A stretch of DNA of 62,793 nt, filler included, from Chiloscyllium plagiosum (lineage: Eukaryota), in assembly GCF_004010195.1 (NCBI RefSeq). It is 6 parts of 2 records of this genome, joined end to end, with 100 filler letters (N's around TTAATTAATTAA, not from the genome) between each part and the next. Parts side by side here need not be neighbours in the genome. Positions count along the whole stretch, not along the records: positions 50,807 to 56,025 come from NC_057710.1; positions 56,126 to 59,998 come from NC_057710.1; positions 60,099 to 62,793 come from NC_057711.1; 3 more parts are not named here. One strand, given 5' to 3'. The notes under the pieces are model-generated. The model worked only from the letters and a program-made list of their open reading frames with translations, did no database searches and had not been told where the DNA came from. The translations under genes were made by a program, and so were the position numbers. Below are positions 51,330-62,574 of the stretch, piece after piece. Position 1 is the stretch's first letter. Each line of letters starts with the position of its first letter.

Positions 51330-52070
51330 AGTATACAGGAATAGCACATAATGAAGACGGTTAATAGGATGCTATTCTTTATTACATGGAGAATTGAACT
51401 TAAAAACAAGGACCATATCTTGAATGCTATGTGAAGCTTTTGTCACCTTAGTTAAGGAAGTATGTAAATGTTTTCAAGGTGATCCAGAGGAGGTTTACTG
51501 ATTGATACACAGGAGTGAATTATCTTATGAAATAAGGTTTGACCTACCTGGGCCTATTTCCATTGGGGTTTAGAAGAATGAGGAGTGACTTGAATAAAGT
51601 TTACAATATCCTGAATGGAGTTTGGGCAGAGGTCCGTTGCAGGTCGGGAGAGAGTGGCCCTGAGCTGAGGCAGGGATGACTGCGGGTAGAGTAGGTGGCA
51701 GCGCTTGGCTGCTAGCGCGGAGTGGAGGATATCGTGAATGGTCTTGACAAGGCGGACATGGAAATAATGTTTCATTTTTGTGGGTCAGTTTACAACTAGG
51801 AGGCAATGTTTTAAAATTAAGAATTGAACAGAGATGAGGGGTCTTTTTCTCTTAGGTTTGTGTGACTTTGGAACTCTGTCTTAGAAGGTAATTGAGACGG
51901 TGTCATTAAATTTTTTAAGGTTGAGGCCAATAGTTTCTTGTTGGGTAAGGGAATCAAACTTTATTGGGATAGATGGGAATGTGGAATTCAGAATACAAAT
52001 AGGTCAGCCATTAGGTTATTGAATGGAAGAGCAGGCTGAAGGGACTGAATGATCTCCTTCAGCTTTATGT
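51330..52070 (+). mobile_element. Old CR1 3' fragment with a 110-bp foreign insertion
   Basis: Degenerate RRMRSDL..YNIL coding segment and 3' tail. Confidence 0.7.
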
Positions 52071-52329
52071 TATATATTTGGGTGTAAGCTAGCCTTATCC
52101 TGGTTTGTTTCTGAACAATTACTAAGCCACTGTCCTACCCATACACTATGACCCATTCTAAAGGCAAATTTGATTCATCCAACTCAAATGAAGATTGCGA
52201 TTTTGATGAGAGTTCTAACTTCCTTACACCCCCGCCAATATTTTTGATGCATATTTTATCCGAAAGGAAAAAGGTGGTCTGTAAATTAGTTCCACCAGTT
52301 ACTTCTTTCGCTCACTGTTGGGAACTGGG

Positions 52330-52915
52330 AGATAGTGGCGGAGTTGCAGTGCATCATGTGGGTTCCTGCTTGGAGCTTGTCTGTTTCATCCGCTTTTAAT
52401 TTTTTTCTTCTTCTTTCACTGTTTTATTTTTCTTACCCACCTTCTGTGGAGAGCTTGGTGGCTTCAAGGTATCCAGAGTGTCTGGTACAGGTTCCTCCCA
52501 GCTGCAGTGGCAGCGAATGTGGAGGGAGGCGACCTTGAGCCCAGTGCCCACTGTGAGACCTGGCAACTTCAGTGGTGGCTGCATTGCCGAGATCGGCCCA
52601 GTACTCCATATTAGTGACAACATCCATAGAGGCAAGATGGCGACGGGGGTCACAGTGAAGGAACCCAAAGCTGGCTGACTGCTTCCTGCTGGCGTTAGTC
52701 TGTGTGGCGATGTGGAAGGCCCCAAATCCAGGCCTATGGCTAAGCACTTCAGAAGGGCTGTAATGTTGAACTTTTAACTTTTTTATCTACTTTATACCTA
52801 AGACATTGTATGTAGGTACCTTTGTATCTCAAATGCCATTGGGAATGGTGATTCTGTACACTTTTCACTGTACTCATGTATCCCCATACTTGAGTGACAA
52901 TAACATCTAATTCAC
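52330..52915 (+). repeat. Probable non-autonomous retroelement with a LINE-like 3' tail
   Basis: GC-rich body ending ttttcactgtac..gtgacaataa, similar to the Rex1-type tail. Confidence 0.4.
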
Positions 52916-53269
52916 TAATTCTGTATTTCATATCTCTTCTCATACTGATCCAACTTCTTGATTCTGAATCAGATAATTTCTCAAGACTGTAATGATCTCA
53001 TCCTTTATTACAAAACCTGCCAGCTCCTCCTCCTTTCTACCTCATTCTCAAATATCTTAAATATACACATTTCAGCTTTGGTTATTTTGTTAGCACACCA
53101 GCTAGCAATGTTTGCATTTTATGAGTGAATTTTGAAATAACTTGTGAAATAGTTACAGAATTAATTTAAAAACACCAGAGAAAATAAGTTATTGCAATCC
53201 TGGGGAAGGAATGCCACAAGCCGCATTGTAGCCTAGATCTGATTGAGGAACAGAAAGTCCAGACTGTAG

Positions 53270-53930
53270 AGATCATAGAACCCCTACAGTATGGAAGAAG
53301 GCCATTCAGCCCATCGAAGCCAGAAGAACTTCCGAAGATCATCCTGCCCAGAACCAACCTTCTAATTTTGTCCCCATACTCTGCATTTCCCAAGGTTAAT
53401 CCATTGACTACAGGGAAATTTAGCACGGCCAATCCACCAATGCTGCACATTTTTGGAATGTTTGAAGAAACCAGAGCACGTGGAGGAAATACACATAGAG
53501 ACAGGAAGAATGTGTAAAATTTACACAGACAGTCGCCCGAGGGTGGAATCGAACCCGGGTCCCTGGTGCTGTGAGCCAACGTGCTGTGATTTTGAAGGCT
53601 TTGAAAAAATCTATTATATGAGTATGGAAATAGGTCATTCAGCCAAACAAGTCCACACTGCCCCTCTGAAAAGTAACCCACCCAGACCCATTGTTCTATC
53701 CTATGACTAATGTACCTAACCTACACATCCCTGAATACTATGGGGCAATTTAATATGACCAATTCACCCAACCTGCACATCTTTGGACTATGGGAGAAAC
53801 TGCAGTAGCCAGAGGAAACCCACACAGACACAGGAAGAATGTGCAAACTCTACACAGAGAGTAGCATGAGGGATCAAACCTAGGTCCCTGGCGCTGTGAG
53901 GCAGCAGTGCTAACCACTGAGCCACCGTGC
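53270..53930 (-). mobile_element. Two tandem V-SINE copies
   Basis: Two heads and V-domains at about 53270-53585 and 53620-53930. Confidence 0.85.
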
Positions 53931-54302
53931 CATGGTGTGAATTCCAAATTAAATGTTACTTATGAATAGTATATCATCTTTAGAGGTAAGGTGAAGAGGG
54001 AGACTCTTATTCAGTATTAATCAGTGCTACCTGTGACTGCACTGTCACATGTAGCTGAATTTTGAAAGCTTGGACAACTAAAAATGATTTCATCAGACAT
54101 TGGATTGTTTTAGACATAAGAGATTCCTGAGCAAAAATTCATGTTACTCAAGAAACTTGATACCATCAGGAAATAGACTGATTGGCACCACATCTACAAA
54201 ATTTTAATCCATCCACCACTGCCGTTCAGTAACAGCAGTGTGTACTATCGACAAGATGTACTGCAGACATTCACCAAGGTTCTTTAGGTAGTCAATTATC
54301 AG

Positions 54303-54620
54303 CTCGAGTGTATTCATGGGAGAACAGACAAGGCATTGCATTCCGATGAATGGTTGATTGATCAAAACAAGTTGGAGTAAAAGAAGAAATATTATGGAAA
54401 ATTGATCAGAAAAAATAAGACCACAGGGCAACATATGGAGCATATCACAAAAGGTAGGAAAATATTTTCAGTATGGGGAGAGTAGTATTATGATTGCAGG
54501 AAGCTGAATTACTTTGCACCTGACTGTTTATCGAGAAAACACACTTCAAGTCTATCAAAGTGGCTGCAGGAGAGATGTTAGCCAATAATTTTGACAAATC
54601 TCCTTAAACCATACAACAGT
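54303..54620 (+). pseudogene. Pseudo-exon(s), end of the final GREB1 C-domain-like module
   Basis: ..HITKG, then from 54475 GESSIMIAGS*ITLHLTVYR versus GREB1 GATLCVICQDRSSLRQTVVR (ungapped). Confidence 0.5.
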
Positions 54621-54972
54621 TTGGCATCGTCAGGTCTAAAGATGATACAGATAGTTCTTCTATAACATGATGGTTGCGTTCTTGTGTAACCAGTATTATA
54701 GAAAAATCATGCTTCAGAAACAGCACTTAAAGTTCAAATCATCTGAACTATAGCAAGTCAAATGTTACTTACCCTAAATGTGCCAGAAAAAGCTTTCAGT
54801 GTTTAGCAGGCCACTAAGCCATTGACGGATGAACAGATCCTTAAAGATTGCAAAGCACTTGTTGTCTTCATGGAGAATATCATCTCAAAGCAGATCTAAG
54901 TAGAGTAGGTATCAACTCCGCATCTGCAGATGCCTTCAGATTTAGCATGAAACGTAAAGGTAATGTAGTGAT

Positions 54973-55076
54973 TGTAACGAGGTCAGCCAGATGGAACTCA
55001 GAGTATGAGTTCCCTGATTGGGGCTGTTAGTGTGGTCCAATCAGTGAACCTTGGCTGACATAGATAAACAGGAGTG
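54973..55076 (+). mobile_element. 5' part of an LTR (TG start), truncated by insertion
   Basis: tgtaacgagg..tatgagttccctgatt..ataaacaggagtg, matching the 14536 family. Confidence 0.6.
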
Positions 55077-56025
55077 CTTGTTTTCCTATCTTCCTGGTGG
55101 TGGAAATTGAATAAAGATTTGTGCACTTTGTGTCTTTCACTGTGTCTCACACCTGCACACACACACCATGGGTGCTAAAAAAAAAAGAAAAAGAAAAAAA
55201 AAAATAAATAGGGGTTCACACAGCATTGTCCTTTGATGGGAAGGGCACTGCTTGTCACAGGCCACTTGGGTGTTTGTGCAAGGACTCTCCTTGAAGGTGA
55301 CTATCCCTAGACCAGCTGCCCTACAGAGGGAGAAGGAGAGACCAGCACTCCCACTGCTGGTCTCTGGGACCCCACCCAGACTTCGTTACGAAAAAAAATG
55401 AAATGTGAAGTCCTACCGCACTTGGGTGGTAGTGTGGGGGTTTAAAATAAAAAAAATGGAATGTGAAGTCCTACCGCACTTGGGTGGTAGTGTGGGGGTT
55501 TAAAAAAGATAAATGGGGGAAGCACTAAAAAAAAAAATAAATAAACAGGAGTGCTTGTTTTCCTATCTTCCTGGTGGTGGAAATTGAATAAAGATTTGTG
55601 CACTTTGTGTCTTTCACTGTGTCTCACACCTGCACACACACACACCATGGGTGCTAAAAAAAAAATAAATAAATGGGGTAAGAGTGTCGTTACGAAAAAA
55701 AATGAAATGTGAAGTCCTACCGCACTTGGGTGGTAGTGTGGGGGTTTAAAATAAAAAAAATGGAATGTGAAGTCCTACCGCACTTGGGTGGTAGTGTGGG
55801 GGTTTAAAAAAGATAAATGGGGGAAGCACTAAAAAAAAAAATAAATAAACAGGAGTGCTTGTTTTCCTATCTTCCTGGTGGTGGAAATTGAATAAAGATT
55901 TGTGCACTTTGTGTCTTTCACTGTGTCTCACACCTGCACACACACACACCATGGGTGCTAAAAAAAAAATAAATAAATGGGGTAAGAGTGTCGTTACGAA
56001 AAAAAATGAAATGTGAAGTCCTACC
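55077..56025 (+). repeat. Stack of Tx1-like 3' ends; about 304-bp tandem duplication
   Basis: Three copies of cttgttttcc..AATAAA..cacacctgcacac..A-tail, related to 44750-44910. Confidence 0.7.
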
Positions 56026-56125
56026 NNNNNNNNNNNNNNNNNNNNNNNNNNNNNNNNNNNNNNNNNNNNTTAATTAATTAANNNNNNNNNNNNNNNNNNN
56101 NNNNNNNNNNNNNNNNNNNNNNNNN

Positions 56126-59100
56126 CCAGGTGTAGACCCTGGTGTAGACCCAGGTGTAGACCCTGGTGTAGACCCAGGTGCAGACCAAGGTGCACTTCCA
56201 GGTGTGGACCCAGGTGCAGACCCAGGTGTAGACACAGGTGTGCACCCAGGTGTAGACCGAGTCGCAGATCGAGGTGCAGGCCCAGGTGTAGACCCAGGTG
56301 CAGACCCACGTGTAGACCCAGGCTTAGATCCAGGTGCAGACCCAGATGTAGACCCAGGATCAGAGCCAGGTGTAGACCCAGATGCAGACCGAGGTGCAGA
56401 CCCAGGTGTAGACATAGGTGCAGACACAGGTGCAGACCCAGGTTCAGACCCAAGTTTAGACCCAGGCGTAGACCCAGGTGTAGACCCAGGTGCAGACACA
56501 GGTGTAGACCTCAGTGAAGACCCAGGTGCAGACCTAGGTTCAGACCCAGGTGTAGACCCAGGTGCAGACCCAGTTGCAGACCCATGTGTGGACCCAAGTG
56601 TAGACACAGGTGCAGACCCAGATGCAAACCCAGGCATAGACCCAGTTGCAGATGCAGGTGTAAACCCAGGTTCAGACCCAGGTGCAGACCAAGGTGTAGA
56701 CTCAGATGTAGACCCAGGTACAGACCCAGGTGTAGACCCAGGTGCACATCCAGGTGCGGACCCTGGTGTAGAACCAGGTGTAGGCCCTGGTGTAGACCCA
56801 GATGCAGACCAAGGTGCACTCCCAGGTGTGGACCCAGATGTAGACCAAGGCGCAGATTCAGGTACAGACCCAGGTGTAATCACAGGTGCAGACCCAGGTG
56901 TAGACCAAGGTGGAGACCCAGTTGTAGACCTAGGTGCAGACCCAGTTGTGGACGCAGGTGCAGACCTAGATGCAGACCCAGGTGTAGACCCAGGTGCCGA
57001 CCCAGGCGTAGACCCAGGTGCGGATCTAGTTGCTGACCCAGGTGCAGACACAGGTGCACATCCAGGTGCAGACCCAGGTGTAGACACAGGTGCAGACCGA
57101 GGCATAGACCCAGGTGCAGACCCAGGTGCAGACCCAGGGGTGGACTCAGGTGCAGACCCAGGTGCAGACCCAGATGGAGAACCAGGTGTAGACCCAGGTG
57201 TAGACCCAGGTGTAGAACCAGGTGTAGATCCAGGTGCAGACCCTGGTATAGACCCAGATGCAGACCAAGGTGCACTCCCAGGTGTGGACCCAGGTGCAGA
57301 CCCAGGTGTAGACCGAGGCGCAGATTGAGGTGCAGACCCAGGTGTAGATACAGGTGCAGACCCAGGTACAGACCTAGGTGCAGACCCAGGTGTGGACTCA
57401 GGTGCAGACAAAGGTGCAGACACAGGTGCAGACCCAGGTGTGGACTCAGGTNNNNNNNNNNNNNNNNNNNNNNNNNNNNNNNNNNNNNNNNNNNNNNNNN
57501 NNNNNNNNNNNNNNNNNNNNNNNNNNNNNNNNNNNNNNNNNNNNNNNNNNNNNNNNNNNNNNNNNNNNNNNNNNNNNNNNNNNNNNNNNNNNNNNNNNNN
57601 NNNNNNNNNNNNNNNNNNNNNNNNNNNNNNNNNNNNNNNNNNNNNNNNNNNNNNNNNNNNNNNNNNNNNNNNNNNNNNNNNNNNNNNNNNNNNNNNNNNN
57701 NNNNNNNNNNNNNNNNNNNNNNNNNNNNNNNNNNNNNNNNNNNNNNNNNNNNNNNNNNNNNNNNNNNNNNNNNNNNNNNNNNNNNNNNNNNNNNNNNNNN
57801 NNNNNNNNNNNNNNNNNNNNNNNNNNNNNNNNNNNNNNNNNNNNNNNNNNNNNNNNNNNNNNNNNNNNNNNNNNNNNNNNNNNNNNNNNNNNNNNNNNNN
57901 NNNNNNNNNNNNNNNNNNNNNNNNNNNNNNNNNNNNNNNNNNNNNNNNNNNNNNNNNNNNNNNNNNNNNNNNNNNNNNNNNNNNNNNNNNNNNNNNNNNN
58001 NNNNNNNNNNNNNNNNNNNNNNNNNNNNNNNNNNNNNNNNNNNNNNNNNNNNNNNNNNNNNNNNNNNNNNNNNNNNNNNNNNNNNNNNNNNNNNNNNNNN
58101 NNNNNNNNNNNNNNNNNNNNNNNNNNNNNNNNNNNNNNNNNNNNNNNNNNNNNNNNNNNNNNNNNNNNNNNNNNNNNNNNNNNNNNNNNNNNNNNNNNNN
58201 NNNNNNNNNNNNNNNNNNNNNNNNNNNNNNNNNNNNNNNNNNNNNNNNNNNNNNNNNNNNNNNNAGCCAGGTGTAGAACCAGGTGTAGACCCAGGTGCAG
58301 ACCCAGGTGTAGACCCAGGTGTAGACCCAGGTGCAGACCTAGGAGTAGACCCAGGTGTAGACCCAAGTGCAGACTCAGGTGTAGACCTAGGTTCCGACCC
58401 AGGTGCAGACCCAGGTGTAGACCCATGTGTACACCCAAGTGCAGACTCAGGTGTAGACCCAGGTGCAGACCCAGGTGTAGACCCAGGTGCAGACGCAGGT
58501 GCAGCCCCAGGTGCAGATCCAGGTGTAGACCAAGGTGCAGACCTATGTGCAGGCTCAGGTGTAGATACAGGTGCTGACCCATGTGCAGACCCAGGTGTAG
58601 ACATAGGTGTCGACCCAGGTGTATACCCAGGTGCAGACCCAAGTGTAGACCCAGGGTCAGTCCCAGATGTGGACTCAGGTGCAGACCCAGATGCAGATCT
58701 AGGTGCTGACGCATGTGCTGACCCAGGTGCAGACCCGGGGTGGACTCAGGTGCAGACCAAGTTGCAGTCCCAGGTGCAGACCCAGGTGTGGACTCAGGTG
58801 CAGACCCACGTGTAGACCCAGGTACATGCCAATGTGCAGACTCAGGTGCAGACCCAGGTATAGATACAGGTGCAGACCCAGGTTCAGACCCAGGTGTAGA
58901 CCCAGGCGTAGACCCAGGTGCACCCAGGTGTAGACCCAGGCGCAGGTCGAGGTGCAGACCCAGGTGTAGACCCAGGTGCAGACCCAGGTGCTGACCCAGG
59001 TGCTGACCCAGGTGCAGACCCAGGCGCAGGTCGAGGTGCAGACCCAGGTGTAGACCCAGGTGCAGACCCAGTTGCAGACCTAGGTGTAGACCCAGGTGCA

Positions 59101-59998
59101 GATCCAGGTGCAGATCCAGTTGCTGACCCAGGTGCAGACCCAGGTGCAGACCCAGGTGCAGACCCAGGTGCAGACCCAGGTGTAGACCCAGGTGCAGACC
59201 CAGGTGTAGACCCAGGTGTGGACCCAGGTGTGGACTCAGGTGCACACCCAGGAGTGGAGCCAGGTGTAGAACCAGGTGTAGAACCAGGTGTAGACCCAGG
59301 TGTAGACCCAGGTGTGGACCCAGGTGCACACCCAGGAGTGGAGCCAGGTGTAGAACCAGGTGTAGACCCAGGTGCAGACCCAGGTGTAGACCCAGGTGTA
59401 GACCCAGGTGCAGACCTAGGAGTAGACCCAGGTGTAGACCCAAGTGCAGACTCAGGTGTAGACCTAGGTTCCGACCCAGGTGCAGACACGGTGTAGAACC
59501 CATGTGTAGACCCAAGTGCAGACTCAGATGTAGACCCAGGTGCAGACCCAGGTGTAGACCCAGGTGCAGACCCAGGTGTAGACCCAGGTGCAGACCCAGG
59601 TGTAGACCCAGGTGCAGACCCAGGTGTAGACCCAGGTGCAGACCCAGGTGTAGACCCAGGTGCAGACCCAGGTGTAGACCCAGGTGCAGACCCAGGTGTA
59701 GACCCAGGTGCAGACCCAGGTGTAGACCCAGGTGCAGACCCAGGTGTAGACCCAGGTGCAGACCCAGGTGTAGACCCAGGTGCAGACCCAGGTGTAGACC
59801 CAGGTGCAGACCCAGGTGTAGACCCAGGTGCAGACCCAGGTGTAGACCCAGGTGCAGACCCAGGTGTAGACCCAGGTGCAGACCCAGGTGTAGACCCAGG
59901 TGCAGACCCAGGTGTAGACCCAGGTGCAGACCCAGGTGTAGACCCAGGTGCAGACCCAGGTGTAGACCCAGGTGCAGACCCAGGTGTAGACCCAGGTG
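56126..59998. repeat. 12-bp minisatellite (CCAGGTGYAGAC)n
   Basis: Directly visible. Contains an N gap at 57452-58264. Confidence 0.98.
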
Positions 59999-60098
59999 NN
60001 NNNNNNNNNNNNNNNNNNNNNNNNNNNNNNNNNNNNNNNNNNTTAATTAATTAANNNNNNNNNNNNNNNNNNNNNNNNNNNNNNNNNNNNNNNNNNNN

Positions 60099-61110
60099 GG
60101 ACGGTGATGACCTGGGATTCGGGTACATGGGACGGTGATGATCTGGGACTCAGGTACACGGGACAGTGGTGACCTGGAACTCGGGTACATGGGGACTGTG
60201 ATGACCCAGGACTCGGGTACACAGGACAGTGATGACCTGGGACTCGGGTACACGGGACGGTGATGACCTGGGATTCGGGTACACGGGACGGTGATGATCT
60301 GGGACTCAGGTACACAGGACGGTGATGACCTGGGATTCGGGTACATGGGACGGTGATGACCTGGGATTTGGGTACACGGGACGGTGATGATCTGGGACTC
60401 AGGTACACGGGACAGTGGTGACCTGGAACTCGGGTACATGGGGACAGTGATGACCTGTGATTTGGGTACACAGGACAGTGATGACCTGGGACTTGGGTAC
60501 ACGGGACAGCGATGACCCGGAACTCGGTTACGCGGGACAGCGATGACCCGGAACTCGGTTACACGGGACAGTGATGATCTGGGACTCGGATACACGGGAC
60601 AGTGATGATCTGGGACTCGGATACACGGGTCAGTGATGACCCAGAACTCGGTTACACGGGACAGTGATGATCTGGGACTCAGGTACACGGGACGGTGATG
60701 ACCTGTGACTCGGGTACAAGGGTCAGTGATGACCCGGAACTCGGTTACACGGGACAGTGATGATCTGGGACTCGGTTACACGGGACAGCGATGACCCAGA
60801 ACTCGGTTACTCGGGACAGTGATGATCTGGGACTCAGGTACACGGGACAGTGGTGACCTGGAACTCGGGTACATGGGGACTGTGATGACCCAGGACTCGG
60901 GTACACAGGACAGTGATGACCTGTGACCTGGGTACACGGGACAGTAATGACTCCGAACTCAGGTACATGTGGACGGTGATGACCCGGGATTCGGGTAAAC
61001 AGCACGGTGATGACTTGGACTTGTGTATATGGGGAGGGTGGGGATCTGTGTCTTGGGTACATAGGGACGGTGGGGATCTGAGTCTCTGGTACACGGGGAC
61101 AGTAGTGATC
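60099..61110. repeat. About 31-bp minisatellite (GGGACGGTGATGACCTGGGACTCGGGTACAC)n
   Basis: Directly visible, decaying toward the right. Confidence 0.95.
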
Positions 61111-61559
61111 TGAGTCTCAGGTATGTAGGGCTGGAGATGATCTGGAGGCTCTGTCTTTGAGTATGTTTAAGGCAGATATGGATAGATTTCCGATCATTAA
61201 TGGCATAAAGGCTATTGGGAGTTGGAGGTATAAAAGCCATTGAAGTACTTAATTGTCTACAATTATGTTCATCTGGATTGGCTGAATGGTATTCTTCTGA
61301 TCCTTTGTCCCTGTGTTGCCTTCCCTTTGTTGATATCTGAACTGTCATTCATTCCCTCATTCTATCCAGAACATTAATTCTGGATGTTAAAATAAACACT
61401 TGTATATCTAACACATCGCCTAGCAACAAGCATGATAATATTCAGACAGTTTACATAACTGTCTAAAACCCTTGTGTTTACATTACTCTCTTTAATATAT
61501 TATAATCCCTTAAGTAATTGTTGTTCATTAAAATAAATAACTGACAAACAATTGTATTG

Positions 61560-62030
61560 CATCTCAGAAAGACAGGTTACACAACACTCGGAGGGAAAAA
61601 GCCCCCTCATCTCTGTTGTGAAAGAGCGATCCCCTAATTTTAAACAATGTTCCTTGGTTCTAGACTGCCCCAGAAGAGGAAACTTTCTGCCCACATCAAG
61701 AGCATTCAGAATCTTGTTCATTTCAACCAAGGCACACCTCACTCTCTAACCTCCAGTGAAAACAGGCCCAGCCTGTCCAATCCTGCCTCATAAACCAACC
61801 TACGTGTTTCAGCTACCAATCCAGTAAACCTCCTTGGAACCACCTCAAATGCAATTCTATTCTTCCTTCAGTAAGGAGATCAAAACCGTGAGGCCGTATT
61901 TGAGATGTGCTTGCACCAAAGCTCTATATAACTGAAGTGTAACATCGTTATTTTTATGTTCGATTCCTCTCATAATAAAGGATAGCATCCTTTAATAAAT
62001 CTTATTAATCCTTTGCCACACCAGCAGACG
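61560..62030 (-). mobile_element. Old CR1 fragment
   Basis: FPLLGQSRTKEHCLKL on the minus strand. Confidence 0.7.
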
Positions 62031-62130
62031 AACTTTGTGATTTATGCCAGGGCAGTGAAGGTGGGAAAACTCACAACCTTGTAAAAGCACTTGGATGAGC
62101 ACTTGAAAAGTCATAACATTCAAAGCAATG

Positions 62131-62224
62131 TCCTATATTAGAGCGGTGCTGGAAAAACACAGCAGGTCAGGCAGCATCGGAGGAGCAGGGAAACCGACGT
62201 TTCAGGCAAAAGCCCTTCATCAGG
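62131..62224 (-). mobile_element. 94-bp Penelope pLTR insertion with 15-bp TSD
   Basis: TSD acattcaa(a/g)gcaatg at 62116-62130 and 62225-62239. Begins at the hammerhead core. Confidence 0.85.
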
Positions 62225-62574
62225 ACATTCAAGGCAATGCGTCAAGTGCTGGAAAGTGGGACAAGTGTAGATTTAAAATCATTTGTTGTCAGTGCAGACT
62301 CGATCAGCCAAAGGGCCTGTTCTGCACTGTACAATATTATGATTCTATGCAGTAGGAAGACAAATTCCTCTGTGTCCTGCAATTCTGCAGTCATTCTATG
62401 TTTATGTAATATTCTTGTTTTTATATTCTCCCGGCCCACATGAACAACTACACATTTTGCCACATTATATTCCATTTCCCAGATTGTTGCTCACTCACAT
62501 AACCTATTCACATCCTTGTTTTGTCATCTCCACTGAATGGTCTCAGAACTATCTTTGTGTTTTTGACTTGCTGT

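Larger units (their letters stand above)
1751..54620 (+). pseudogene. Decayed multi-exon GREB1-family gene with repeated TAGT glycosyltransferase and GREB1 C-terminal-like modules
   Basis: About 12 non-repeat islands, all on +, many with pyrimidine-tract AG acceptors and GT donors. Conceptual translations match GREB1 C-terminal motifs, in the right order within each module. Many stops and frameshifts, and transposons inserted inside exons. The span crosses three assembly spacers. Confidence 0.7.

Noticed and set aside
56070..60050. Long low-complexity ORFs (PGST, DPGV, CRPR, LGLH repeats)
   Set aside because: By-products of a 12-bp repeat that lacks stops in most frames. They run through N gaps and show no splice or start context.
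60099..61110. ~31-bp repeat array as CRISPR-like
   Set aside because: Head-to-tail units without unique spacers, no cas genes, vertebrate context.
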